From Thermodesulfovibrionales bacterium (GTDB lineage Bacteria; Nitrospirota; Thermodesulfovibrionia; Thermodesulfovibrionales; UBA6898): a stretch of DNA of 64,000 nucleotides. A program made the translations under genes and the position numbers. The notes beneath the pieces are model-generated. The model had not been told where the DNA came from and did no database searches. It saw only the letters and a list, made by a program, of their open reading frames with translations. Positions within the stretch are counted from its first letter, which is position 1, and the number at the start of each line of letters is the position of its first letter. Below, piece by piece: positions 40,464-50,168 of this stretch. Location of the stretch: positions 128,001-192,000 of the forward strand of contig JBIOIY010000001.1 in NCBI GenBank assembly GCA_044450345.1, written 5' to 3'.

Positions 40464-43400
40464 TGTTTCCCTCCGCTTTCGGCAATATGTCGCCCGGTTT
40501 AGCTATCCATACATAGAGCGTCGGCAGAAGAAAGATACTCAATATAACGGTAGTGATAAGCCCACCCACAATGACGATAGCGAACGGCCGCTGGGAGTCT
40601 GAACCTATATCATGTGACATGGCGGCAGGCAGAAGGCCAAGTGTAGCAACGAGCATAGTCATCATGATCGGACGAAGACGGAGTGTGGCGCCTTTAATCG
40701 CCGCATCCAGGATGGACATGCCGCGTGCCCGCAACTGGTTGATGTATTGCACCATTATGACGCCTGTTTGGACGGACACCCCGAACAGAGCGAGCAGTCC
40801 AATGCCGGACGAAACACTGAAATGGGTCCCGGTGACAAAGAGCGAGAGCAGCCCCCCAAAGCTGGCTATGCCGACGGTGAGGAGGACCAGGAAGGACCAT
40901 TTAAATGAGTTAAACATCATATAGAGAAGAAGCAGGATCAGAAGAACCGTAACAGGAACAATCACTGCTAAGCGTCCATCTGCACGCTTCTGGCTTTCGT
41001 ATTCTCCGGCCCAGTCCAGATAGTAACCCTGTGGCAGCTTCACCTTCTCATTGACCTTTTGCATGGCTTCTTCAACCGTACTGCCGAGGTCTCGACCGCG
41101 AACACTGTATTTTATTGCGATGTATCGAGAGTTTGCCTCGCGATAGATCATGGAAGCGCCGTCTCCGATCTTGATGTCACTTAGCTCTCCGAGGGAGACC
41201 CTCTCCCCTGATGGCGCGAGAATCCGGATGTTGGCGATGTCTTCAACGGTTTTACGGTAGGGCTCCTGATAGCGCACTACCAGGTCATAGCGCTCTTCGC
41301 CTTTCAATATCTGGCTCACCGCTTTGCCGCCCACCGCGGTTTCAATAGCATCCTGGACATCTGCCACATTGATGCCGAACCGGTCCGCCTTAGCACGGTC
41401 AACAGTCAGGTTGATGTTTGGCTGTCCGAGCACCCGGAATATCCCGAGGTCTTCAATCCCGCGGACCTTTCTCATGACCTCAACGATCTCTTCGCTTTTT
41501 TGCTCTAAATCCTTCAAGTCGCTGCCGAAGACTTTTACCGCAAGTTCGCCTTTGACGCCGCTTACCGCCTCTTCCATATTGTCGGCAATCGGCTGCGAGA
41601 ATCCCCACTCAACGCCAGGGATCTTTTCAACTTCTTTGTTCATGGCCTCAATCAGTGCATCTTTGTTCTCGTGGAACTCCTTGCGCCATCTATCTCGGGG
41701 CTTGAGGTCGACGAAGTATTCGGTGTTGAAGAAACCGGTCGCATCGGTTCCGTCGTCCGACCGTCCAACCTGTGAGACAACCTGCTTTACCTCGGGGAAA
41801 CTCCCAAAGGCAAGCCGGGCTTGATCCATAATTCGTTTCCCTGTTGATGGCCCGGTGCTCGGATCCAGAGTGCCGCGGGCCCAGATAGCGCCCTCATCGA
41901 GGTGAGGCAGAAATTCAGAGCCGATGACACCGCTGAAACCGAGGAAAGCGGCCAAAACAAAGCAGGCGGCCCCTATACCAAGCGTGAGCGAGCGGCGCTC
42001 AATCGCCTTTTCCAGAGCCTTTGGGTATTGGGTTTTTAGCCATGCCAGTACTGGGTTTCTCCACTCCCTTGCACGTCTGTTAAAGAGATAGCTGGCCAGC
42101 ACCGGCGCAAGAAGAATTGAAAAAAACAGTGCCCCTAATAAGGCGAAAGAGACTGTATAGGCCATGGGCCGGAACAGGCGCCCCTCCACGCGCTGCAACG
42201 TAAAGATCGGGATGTATGAAGTAATTATAATCGCACGCGCAAAGAAAACGGGCCGCTGCACCTCATGAGCCGCCAAATGAATTGTCTCGCTGATCTTGCC
42301 TGTAGACTCCTCCGATTCTTCAAGACGACGCAGGATATTCTCCACCATCACCACCGTACCGTCCACCAGCATGCCAAAGTCGAGTGCCCCCAGGGAGAGC
42401 AGATTAGCAGGAATGTGACGGAGGTCAAGAAGGATGGAAGCAAAAAAGAATGAGAATGGCATAGTCATGGCGACGATAAGCGCCGAGCGGGCATTGCCGA
42501 GAAAAAGGAACAAGACGATGACCACCAGAATGATTCCCTCTGTGAGGTTGCGCAGAACCGTGCGAGTTGTATAGTGGACAAGATCGTCCCGGTCGATGTG
42601 AGGAACAATTTTTACACCTGGAGGAAGTACTCGTTTATTCAGATAATTGACCTTAACATCAATGGCGGCAAGGACGGACTCCGCTTCAGCCCCCTTCCGC
42701 ATCTGAACGATTCCTTCAACAACGTCGTTATTGTCAACGATTCGCCCGTCTTCGTGGCGGATTGTCTTCCCCAAACGCCCCAGCCGTATCTTCGGTCCTT
42801 GGGTAACGATAGCCACATCACGGACTCTCACTGGTGTCCCGCTCTGCGCTTTCAAAACAGTAGCTCCAATGTCGTCAGGTTTCTCCATCAGGCCAACAAC
42901 CCTCACATTGTAAGCCTGTTGGCCTTTCTCGATAAAACTTCCGCCGGCATTGACGTTGTTCGCAGCGAGGGCCTGCTCCACCTGCCCAATAGATAAGCCA
43001 TACGAAACCAGTTTGTTTGGATCGACCTGTACCTGGTACTCGCGTGTTTCGCCGCCGAAGATGGAAACGGCAACGACATCCGGAACCGACATAAAATGTT
43101 TGAATACGACCCAGTCTTGCAGTCGCTTCAATTCCATTACGTCGTACTGGGGATTCGTGCTCTCAAGAGTATAGAAGTAAATCTGGCCGACGGGACTGAA
43201 GTCAGGACCGATCTGGGGACTGATATTCTGCGGGAGTGTCACCAGTGTCAGTTTTTCCAGGACCTGCTGCCTGTTCTGTAGGTTGTCGGAGTTGTCGTCG
43301 AAAATGACGGTGATAAAGGAGAGGCCTGAGATGGAAATAGAACGGAGGAGCGTCATATGTCCGACTCCATTTAGCTGGGTCTCGATTGGGATGGTGATTT

Positions 43401-43590
43401 GCTGCTCGATTTCCTCTGCAGCGCGCCCGGGCCACTGCGTGATAACCCATACGTATTTATCGGCCACATCTGGATATGCCTCCACGGGAAGGCGGTGGAA
43501 AGAAATTATCCCCCAGATGAAAAGAAGTGAACCGACGCTGAGAACTAACAACCTCTTCCGCAGGGCAAGTTCGATGATATATTGAATCAT
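40453..43590 (-). CDS. CusA/CzcA-family heavy-metal efflux RND transporter
   Basis: LPVEAYPD, SLGALDFG..VDG, EGRLFRPMA, GSEFLPHLDEG, RLRPIMMT. Confidence 0.94.
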   Translation of the reverse strand: MIQYIIELALRKRLLVLSVGSLLFIWGIISFHRLPVEAYPDVADKYVWVITQWPGRAAEEIEQQITIPIETQLNGVGHMTLLRSISISGLSFITVIFDDNSDNLQNRQQVLEKLTLVTLPQNISPQIGPDFSPVGQIYFYTLESTNPQYDVMELKRLQDWVVFKHFMSVPDVVAVSIFGGETREYQVQVDPNKLVSYGLSIGQVEQALAANNVNAGGSFIEKGQQAYNVRVVGLMEKPDDIGATVLKAQSGTPVRVRDVAIVTQGPKIRLGRLGKTIRHEDGRIVDNNDVVEGIVQMRKGAEAESVLAAIDVKVNYLNKRVLPPGVKIVPHIDRDDLVHYTTRTVLRNLTEGIILVVIVLFLFLGNARSALIVAMTMPFSFFFASILLDLRHIPANLLSLGALDFGMLVDGTVVMVENILRRLEESEESTGKISETIHLAAHEVQRPVFFARAIIITSYIPIFTLQRVEGRLFRPMAYTVSFALLGALFFSILLAPVLASYLFNRRAREWRNPVLAWLKTQYPKALEKAIERRSLTLGIGAACFVLAAFLGFSGVIGSEFLPHLDEGAIWARGTLDPSTGPSTGKRIMDQARLAFGSFPEVKQVVSQVGRSDDGTDATGFFNTEYFVDLKPRDRWRKEFHENKDALIEAMNKEVEKIPGVEWGFSQPIADNMEEAVSGVKGELAVKVFGSDLKDLEQKSEEIVEVMRKVRGIEDLGIFRVLGQPNINLTVDRAKADRFGINVADVQDAIETAVGGKAVSQILKGEERYDLVVRYQEPYRKTVEDIANIRILAPSGERVSLGELSDIKIGDGASMIYREANSRYIAIKYSVRGRDLGSTVEEAMQKVNEKVKLPQGYYLDWAGEYESQKRADGRLAVIVPVTVLLILLLLYMMFNSFKWSFLVLLTVGIASFGGLLSLFVTGTHFSVSSGIGLLALFGVSVQTGVIMVQYINQLRARGMSILDAAIKGATLRLRPIMMTMLVATLGLLPAAMSHDIGSDSQRPFAIVIVGGLITTVILSIFLLPTLYVWIAKPGDILPKAEGNNAQ

Positions 43591-43593
43591 GGT

Positions 43594-44802
43594 CTATTTT
43601 GTTTCCGAAGCACTGGAGAATTGCAGTGCGTTGACAACTACCTTGTCGTGAATCTTTACCCCTGCCAGAATCTGCTGGAGGTTATCGCCAGCAGGCTGGC
43701 CGGTCTGAACCTCCATTTTCCGAAACCGGTTGCCGCCAAGAGGCATGAATACCCAGTTCTTGTCGTGCAGGCGGACTATGGCTGAGGTCGGCAGGACAGG
43801 CCGTTCGAGGCGTTTCCCGGAATGTAACTCTGCCGCAACAAACATTCCAGAACGCATTAAGCGCCCGGGATTGTCAAGTTCGATACGGGCTTTGGCCGAC
43901 CGAGTGTTGGGATCCAGTACTCGACCGACATTGCTCACGCGACCATTGAACAGCCGATCAGGATAGGCGTTGAGGCGCACCTCGGCGATATCGTCAAGAT
44001 GCACTTTCGAAATTTTATCCTCGTAAAGGTCGCAGAGGACCCAAACGCGGGATAAGTCGGCAATGGTGAAAAGATTCGGAGAATTGTCGAGTGAGCGAAC
44101 TCCGGCGGCACCTGTCACGTTTTGCTCTACGATTGTTCCGGAAATCGGGGAGCGAACATCGAGAATTGGGGAAACATGGTCGGGGTCGCCGCCGAGAATG
44201 TGAATGCGATCACGCGCCGTTTTTACATCGATCTGTGCCTTGTCCTCCGCATTCTGGGCCGCCTCCAGGTCTTTTTTCGCAATTGTTGTTCCTCTCTCAT
44301 AGAGGGCTTCTGAGCGTTCTAATTGTTTGCGCGCCAATGACTCATCGGCCTGGGCCTTTTGATAATCTGCGAAAGCGGAAGCCAGATCCGTGCTGTGGAT
44401 CCGGAGCAGGAGCTGCCCTTTTTGTACGTCGTCTCCCAGTCTGGCCTTGATGTCTACAACTCTTCCTCCGCTAAGAGACAATACTGCGACCGAGCGATTG
44501 ACGTCAGGGCTTACCACCCCAGTTATATGAATTTCATCAACGGTTTTCCTGCCTTCCACCTCTACCAGTTGGAATCGCTCCGGGTGGTCCATTTCGATCA
44601 CATTGGGATCCGTTGATTTGATGATATCCTTGCGTGAATCGCCTTGTGTCTCCGAACCTGCAGAGTGGCAACCGGTTCCTGAAGCAATGAATAGGAAAAG
44701 CAAAAATATAAAAAGGATCTGCTCGATATGTCGCTGCGCGGAAGCGTCCGTGATTGGCATGCAATTGGCAGAAACACTAAAACGATGTGGGTGCTTATTC
44801 AC
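43594..44802 (-). CDS. RND efflux membrane fusion protein (CzcB-like)
   Basis: GDDVQKGQ.L, SPISGTIV, LFTIADLS.VWV, LDPNTR, GMF; GAGGAG before GTG 44802. Confidence 0.9.
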   Translation of the reverse strand: MNKHPHRFSVSANCMPITDASAQRHIEQILFIFLLFLFIASGTGCHSAGSETQGDSRKDIIKSTDPNVIEMDHPERFQLVEVEGRKTVDEIHITGVVSPDVNRSVAVLSLSGGRVVDIKARLGDDVQKGQLLLRIHSTDLASAFADYQKAQADESLARKQLERSEALYERGTTIAKKDLEAAQNAEDKAQIDVKTARDRIHILGGDPDHVSPILDVRSPISGTIVEQNVTGAAGVRSLDNSPNLFTIADLSRVWVLCDLYEDKISKVHLDDIAEVRLNAYPDRLFNGRVSNVGRVLDPNTRSAKARIELDNPGRLMRSGMFVAAELHSGKRLERPVLPTSAIVRLHDKNWVFMPLGGNRFRKMEVQTGQPAGDNLQQILAGVKIHDKVVVNALQFSSASETK

Positions 44803-44842
44803 AGGTGTTCTCCTCAAAGTGAAATTGAATCTTAAGCAAAGT

Positions 44843-45478
44843 TCAGCCATCTTCCTTCTTTTCCTTGTTACCCAATACTTTTTTGGAATGTTCGGGATAT
44901 AACTTTTTAATACATTCAGGACATACTGAATGACTGAATTGTACTTCGGAGTGTTTACTGATATATGATTCGATCTGATTCCAGTAGCCTTTGTCGTCCC
45001 GTATTTTCTTGCAAGAAGCACAAATGGGCAATAATCCGCTTAGTGTGTTGATTTCCCAAAATGCATGTTGAAGTTCAAGGACAAGTTTTTTTTGCTCTTC
45101 AAGGTCAAGCTTCAACTTTGAAAACAAGAAGGTAAAGATAACAAAAAAGCCAAAATGAATAAAAAGATTCCAAACTTCGGTAAAGAGATGCTGATAGGGT
45201 TGTCCTGCGTAGAAATTAGATATGATTATAGTTGCAGTACTTGCAACTGACATGTAAATGCCGGCTTTTCTATTAACAAACCATGTTACAAAACCAATGG
45301 GAATTAAATAGAAAACTGATAAACCAATCTCATATCCGGTTATGTAGTCAAAAAACCCTACAAAAATATTCGTGGCAAAGCCAAATATTACATGGAATAA
45401 TTTTGACCGTCTTTTAAAGAACTCAGTTATTTCGATAGCATTAATGATGTGAAAACTATCTTTTTCCAGTGCTGTCAT
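44843..45478 (-). CDS. Membrane protein with a DUF4118-like sensor and a C-terminal Cys/His metal-finger domain
   Basis: Four TM helices (SVFYLIPI), then LPICASCKKIRDDKGYW...FSHSVCPEC; start ATG 45478 lies downstream of a sigma54 promoter. Confidence 0.8.
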   Translation of the reverse strand: MTALEKDSFHIINAIEITEFFKRRSKLFHVIFGFATNIFVGFFDYITGYEIGLSVFYLIPIGFVTWFVNRKAGIYMSVASTATIIISNFYAGQPYQHLFTEVWNLFIHFGFFVIFTFLFSKLKLDLEEQKKLVLELQHAFWEINTLSGLLPICASCKKIRDDKGYWNQIESYISKHSEVQFSHSVCPECIKKLYPEHSKKVLGNKEKKEDG

Positions 45479-45516
45479 AATATTTCTCAATTCCTCGTTA
45501 TTTCCCAGCGAAATAT

Positions 45517-45605
45517 TACAAGCCTCATGCCAATTGAAAACCTCTTGATTTTGGGAGACTTTCACGATTGTTGGCCCGGAAGGGTGAAAAAAAAGTATAC
45601 GTTAT
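45517..45605 (-). promoter_or_regulatory. Sigma54 promoter module 2
   Basis: TTGGCATGAGGCTTGTA; AATCAAGAGGTT; GTGAAAAAAAAGTATAC 64 nt upstream. Confidence 0.65.
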
Positions 45606-45650
45606 CGGTAGGATGAACAAAAAGGTGAGGACTTGAGAGATCGTGACAAA

Positions 45651-47009
45651 CTACAGACTATATTTTTTTATCTTATAGTGTAAAACCCTTGCAGATATAC
45701 CAAGTATTCTTGCGGCTTCGGTTTTATTGTTATCCGACGACGCAAGGGCTTTCTTTATGTATTTCTTCTCAATTTCGGACAATGCGTTCTCAAGGGATAT
45801 CGAATAGTCGATATCTACATCCCCTGACGGACTCTTGATATTATCGGCACCGACGGAAATATCATTCACTGTGAGAGTATCGCTGGAAGAGATTGCGACA
45901 GCCCTTTTAATGCACCATTTCAGTTCGCGTATATTGCCGGGCCACGCGTATTTCGTAAGATGTTCCACTGCCTTAGCCGAAAAAGCATGTATATCCTTCT
46001 TGTATGCGTAATTAGCCTCCTTAAGGAATACCGAAATGAGGAGCGGGATATCATCTCTGCGCTCTCTCAATGGCGGGAGTTCGAACGCGATGCCATTGAT
46101 CCTGTAAAAAAGATCCTGCCGGAAATTATTGGACGCAACATCGAGGTCTTTGCTTGTTGCCGAGATAAGCCTGAACCTGGCTCTGCGCTCTCTTGTGTCA
46201 CCCAACTTATAATAGACGCCGCCTTCAAGGACCCTGAGAAATTTTGCCTGCACATCCTCGGAGAGTTCTCCGATCTCATCGAGAAATAATGTCCCTCCGT
46301 CAGCTCTCTCTATCAACCCTTCTTTATAGGTGCCAGCACCCGAGAACGCCCCCTTTGTGTAGCCGAAAAGCTCACTCTCAATGATGTCTTTTGGCAGGGC
46401 TGCACAGTTGATAGTGACCATTTGCCCGTCGAGACCCGATAGCGAATGTATCCATTCCGCCAGCTTTTCCTTCCCTGTCCCTGTTTCTCCTTTTATCAAG
46501 ATAGGTATGTCGAGAGGTGCTATCAACGGCACTTTATCGACAATCTCTTTCATTATTCCTGTACCCGAGGTCTCAAAAGGCGGGGTAATTTTCCTTATTT
46601 CTCTGTCGAGAGCAACTATCTTTTTGTGGAGGAGTCTGTTTTCGAGATGGACATTGAGCTCTCTTTTCAACCGCTCAATATCCAAAGGCTTTATAAAATA
46701 ATCGACTGCTCCATCCTTCAGGGCCATGACAGCATTTTCCACTGTTGCATAAGCCGTCATAACAATAACCACCGGCATCGGGTTAAGATCTATTATCCCT
46801 TGAAGAAACTCTATTCCGTCGCCATCGGGTAGCCGCATATCAAGGAGAATTGCGTCGGGTATCCTCTCCTTTAACGACTCTCTGGCTCCTTTAAGCGTTC
46901 CCACTACCGAAATCTCAAATGTGTCTTCAAGGGCCATCCGTAGAGACTCGCTGAAATGGGGTTCGTCATCGATGATAGTCACATGTGGTTTTGAGTTATC
47001 GTTATGCAT
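45651..47009 (-). CDS. Sigma54-dependent response regulator (NtrC family)
   Basis: Receiver domain (DDE, LDMRLPD, KP), GETGTGKE, ESELFG..KGAFSGA, LFLDEIG, WPGNIREL, Fis-type HTH. Confidence 0.95.
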   Translation of the reverse strand: MHNDNSKPHVTIIDDEPHFSESLRMALEDTFEISVVGTLKGARESLKERIPDAILLDMRLPDGDGIEFLQGIIDLNPMPVVIVMTAYATVENAVMALKDGAVDYFIKPLDIERLKRELNVHLENRLLHKKIVALDREIRKITPPFETSGTGIMKEIVDKVPLIAPLDIPILIKGETGTGKEKLAEWIHSLSGLDGQMVTINCAALPKDIIESELFGYTKGAFSGAGTYKEGLIERADGGTLFLDEIGELSEDVQAKFLRVLEGGVYYKLGDTRERRARFRLISATSKDLDVASNNFRQDLFYRINGIAFELPPLRERRDDIPLLISVFLKEANYAYKKDIHAFSAKAVEHLTKYAWPGNIRELKWCIKRAVAISSSDTLTVNDISVGADNIKSPSGDVDIDYSISLENALSEIEKKYIKKALASSDNNKTEAARILGISARVLHYKIKKYSL

Positions 47010-48210
47010 AAAGTTTGATCTTGCCCTTCGGGAATGAAATTATGACTCCTGCCCCGCCGTCTAATCTATATAAAGATACATTACCGCTATGTGAAGAGGC
47101 AATCTTCCTGACAAGATATAGTCCGAGGCCGGCCCCGTGAGATTTCCAGGTAATAAAAGGGTTCATCAGCTCCTTGAGATCGGCATCTTTAGGGAATCCC
47201 CTACCATTATCTTCATAAAGTACATCCGTAAAGGAGCCGTCGCCGGATGGCGTAGTCACCCTCACAGTAATTTTGTCTGCACCGGCAGCCTGGCTGTTTC
47301 TCAGTAGGTTTTCAAAAAGTAGCGCCATGTAGAATTTATCTCCATAAATCTTGCCTTCGGGAATGAGAGATATTTTTAGATGATTCTTATCGCCCAGTCC
47401 CTTTATAAAGGGTTGGAATTCTATCCATTCCTCATGTTTTACGTCAACATCTTTCCCATAAACGAGAAGGTTATCCATAAGTTGCTGCATGCGTTCCAAC
47501 TCGTCTTTCGTCAGGGTGATAAACCGTTTTACGAATGTTTCATCAGAAACGCGCGAAGGCAATGTCTGTACAAGAGTGGATATTGTTGCTAAAGGAGTCT
47601 TAAGTTCATGGGCCAATGTGGCAGACATCTTTCCGAGCATTGCAAGGGCTTCATGCTCCTGTAGTGACTTTTTGAGTTCCTCATGTTCCAATTCGAATTG
47701 CTGACGCATCAGTTTTGTTCGTCTCTTCCTTTCGCTATAAAATACAATGGAAGTAAATGCGACAATAGTTGCAAAAACCCCAAAAATCAGTTCGGGTGTA
47801 TCCAAGACAGCAAGTTCATCTTCTAAGAAAGAATTCTTTATATAGAAGTCTACGGAGTTTCCTCCTTCTGAAAAGGTGAACAAAAATTTGAATTCATTTT
47901 TGTTTGGCCGGCTGTTTAGAGTTCGGTCCACTGCAATGATCTTTTCTTTCATTGCCATAGAGGAGTATTCCTTAATAAAGCTTATTACTTCTTCAGGGCC
48001 AACATTATGTGCGGCTTCCTTAAAAGAGGCGGCGGCATTTCTTAATTCAATTTCCAAGGTCTTACGCAGGTTCTTCTCTACGGCTACATTCTCAAATTGG
48101 TCTAACGTAAGTGTGACTATTATCCCAAAGATTAGGGAAATAAGAAGATATGAAACAAGCCGTAATATTTGTTTTAGCATATGCCAATAATACTTCTTAA
48201 CTGGTAACAA
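47002..48210 (-). CDS. Sensor histidine kinase
   Basis: Two TM helices, AHELKTPL, NLLRNS, DNGRG, GAGLGL. Confidence 0.93.
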   Translation of the reverse strand: MLPVKKYYWHMLKQILRLVSYLLISLIFGIIVTLTLDQFENVAVEKNLRKTLEIELRNAAASFKEAAHNVGPEEVISFIKEYSSMAMKEKIIAVDRTLNSRPNKNEFKFLFTFSEGGNSVDFYIKNSFLEDELAVLDTPELIFGVFATIVAFTSIVFYSERKRRTKLMRQQFELEHEELKKSLQEHEALAMLGKMSATLAHELKTPLATISTLVQTLPSRVSDETFVKRFITLTKDELERMQQLMDNLLVYGKDVDVKHEEWIEFQPFIKGLGDKNHLKISLIPEGKIYGDKFYMALLFENLLRNSQAAGADKITVRVTTPSGDGSFTDVLYEDNGRGFPKDADLKELMNPFITWKSHGAGLGLYLVRKIASSHSGNVSLYRLDGGAGVIISFPKGKIKLYA

Positions 48211-48345
48211 TCCAATGATTTTTCCATACTTTTTTTATACAAGATTGTAATGTGGCAAAACAATATTCTTATAGAGATGATTCTTTCAAATTTCGGTCAC
48301 GTCAGTCATATTGGCACAATCCTAAAAGAGTCCTATTCACGGCTA

Positions 48346-48361
48346 TGCATATAGGTTGCCA
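48346..48361 (-). promoter_or_regulatory. Possible sigma54 -24/-12 site upstream of the kinase
   Basis: TGGCAACCTATATGCA (GG-N10-GC); lacks the shared upstream motif. Confidence 0.35.
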
Positions 48362-48410
48362 TTGGCAATAATTTTTTTTGTCGCAACTACGTAATTTCTA
48401 AGTTAGCTTT

Positions 48411-48456
48411 TTGAAGTTGAAGCCAACTCTTTTCATCATTCCTCTTATAGGCAAGA
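48411..48456 (-). pseudogene. Orphan copy of the 3' end of the 35295-36194 gene
   Basis: 44/46 identical to 35307-35352. Confidence 0.8.
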
Positions 48457-48508
48457 CAGACTACAACGGGGTCTAATTCCCGCACCCGCAAATAAAAAAT
48501 GCCTTTTA

Positions 48509-49039
48509 CTATCTTATGCATTTTCCAACTGACTCCGCTTTGCATTCACTGCCGTCCGTCCAAGTTGCATAGCTCAAATCTGACCCGCTTAGATCCGCAC
48601 CTTCCATTTTCGCACCTTTCAATGTTGCTCCTCTCAGATCTGCAGCAGCTAAATTTGTCTCTCTCAGATCTGCGCCGCTGAGGTCCGCCCCGCGTAGTTT
48701 CGCACCGACCAGATTCGCCCCCCTCAGATTTGCAGAAACAAGGTTGGCCCCAATCAATTTCACTCCGATCAATTTAGCCCCGCTCAGATTTGACTTTCTC
48801 ATATCTACGCCGTTGCTCAGTTGCACCTCGGTCAGATTTGCTCCGCTCAGATCCACCCCGTATAGATACATCCCGGTTAGGTTCGCCCCGCTTAGATTGC
48901 AAGCCGGACATTTTTTTCCACCCTGAAATGTTACAAGATCATCTGAATCAAATCCATAAACGACAGTTCCCAGAAAAAAAAACGCAATAAACGTCACCCG
49001 AATCGCAATTACTGCATTTATTATCTTCATTGCTCTCAC
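48509..49039 (-). CDS. Exported pentapeptide repeat protein
   Basis: Signal peptide, CPACNL, then A(N/D)LxG repeats, ATWTDG..C. Confidence 0.92.
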   Translation of the reverse strand: MRAMKIINAVIAIRVTFIAFFFLGTVVYGFDSDDLVTFQGGKKCPACNLSGANLTGMYLYGVDLSGANLTEVQLSNGVDMRKSNLSGAKLIGVKLIGANLVSANLRGANLVGAKLRGADLSGADLRETNLAAADLRGATLKGAKMEGADLSGSDLSYATWTDGSECKAESVGKCIR

Positions 49040-49051
49040 CTTTGCATAAAT

Positions 49052-49588
49052 TTAAAACCTATAACCCATGAGTAAATACAAAGAGTCTATGCCTTCGTTA
49101 GGCGGGAAAAGTCCTGCATTGGAGTGGTGCAGCCACCGTGCAAAAACGCTTATTCCGGTTTTAGATCTTCCGAATTTAATACCAGCTCCAGCCGTCGGAC
49201 TAAAGAAAAAGGTACTTCCGAAATCCCGGTTATACAGAACTGTTTTCGAGCCGATGCTCACGCCTACGCCGGCATCCAAAAAGGGATTTAGGGGATGCCC
49301 TTGAGTACCAAGCCTGAAAACAGGACTGACGCCGCCGAAAAAAAGTGATTTGCCGGATTTTGCTTTAATGAATTCCATATTTGGCTCTATTCTGAGCTCT
49401 ATTATACTGGAAAGCCGCCTTATCCACGCGCCAAGAAGTATCTCCTCTGTCGACCCAAGGTCGCTCAAGCTGATTCCAGCACCTTTCGCGATCTCATAGC
49501 TGTTATCAGCAGCCTCTCCACACCGCAGAAAAACGCCTAATACGATAGCGAACGCCAAAAGGGGAATGAGCAAGCTCGGCCGCTTCAT
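49052..49588 (-). CDS. PagL-like lipid A 3-O-deacylase (acyloxyacyl hydrolase family)
   Basis: Signal peptide, beta-barrel pattern, H-x-SNAG..PN.GI motif (HHSNAGLFPPNEGID), terminal Phe. Confidence 0.82.
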   Translation of the reverse strand: MKRPSLLIPLLAFAIVLGVFLRCGEAADNSYEIAKGAGISLSDLGSTEEILLGAWIRRLSSIIELRIEPNMEFIKAKSGKSLFFGGVSPVFRLGTQGHPLNPFLDAGVGVSIGSKTVLYNRDFGSTFFFSPTAGAGIKFGRSKTGISVFARWLHHSNAGLFPPNEGIDSLYLLMGYRF

Positions 49589-49710
49589 TCTACCTTGTCA
49601 CAATGAAAAAAATATAATGGAAGAGGTTCGCCGAAATAAATTTCATCATCAGTGACAACATATGGTTTATTAATTATCTATTTTCCGCTCAGGAATATGT
49701 CTATTTCCGT

Positions 49711-49801
49711 CGCAAGACTCATGCCAATTGAGAAGCTTCAGATTTTCGCGTACTTCGACACAAGCTCCCCAATAAGGAGTGAAAATAATGTATACATTTT
49801 C
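49711..49801 (-). promoter_or_regulatory. Sigma54 promoter module 3
   Basis: TTGGCATGAGTCTTGCG (GG-N10-GC); GTGAAAATAATGTATAC 65 nt upstream. Confidence 0.72.
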
Positions 49802-49972
49802 TGTTTGAATGAAGCGGAATAGAAGATATCGAATTGTTACAGATGATCCGCAAGTAATTCGAGATAAGGGGATATTAAATCTATCCGTTACATCTGACTG
49901 GTACTTTGTTTATCTGAGAAGAACGCACGAATAAGAGTGGATAATAAATAGCAAGTACGGCATTATCGCTTA

Positions 49973-50063
49973 TTAAGCAATAACTTGGCTTGGGATTATT
50001 TATCTGAGTCGGGATCATTAAGAACCCGAAATTATACCCAACAAAGTTGCGCTGAGAGAGACG
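49973..50063. repeat. Diverged direct repeat, copy 1
   Basis: Gapless match to 55699-55789 (about 65/91 by hand), with an exact CAATAACTTGGCTTGG. Confidence 0.7.
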
Positions 50064-50168
50064 ACCGGGGAGCCAATTTCTTTGGGGGTCATTTCACCGG
50101 TGCAATTCTTCGTCTATATTCTTCGGAGCGCAAGAACCGGCCGCTACTAAGCTGGTCATACAGATAAC

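Noticed and set aside
44803..45565. Apparent overlap between the MFP ORF (to 45021) and the upstream membrane protein (to 45565)
   Set aside because: Artefact of longest-ORF calling; better starts exist at 44802 and 45478.
48590..48900. 15-bp periodic repeats (CCGCTCAGAT and variants) as a CRISPR-like array
   Set aside because: They encode pentapeptide repeats; there are no unique spacers or cas genes. No CRISPR array was seen anywhere in the window.
49978..49993. Reading the repeat as a TPR fragment (NNLAW)
   Set aside because: Copy 2 hits a stop within a few codons, and mismatches between the copies lack triplet periodicity.
50064..50075. CCGGGGAGCCA as a possible attR copy of the tRNA-Asn 3' end
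   Set aside because: Only 8 contiguous bases (GGGAGCCA) match. The position is suggestive but a chance match is plausible, and no integrase is present.
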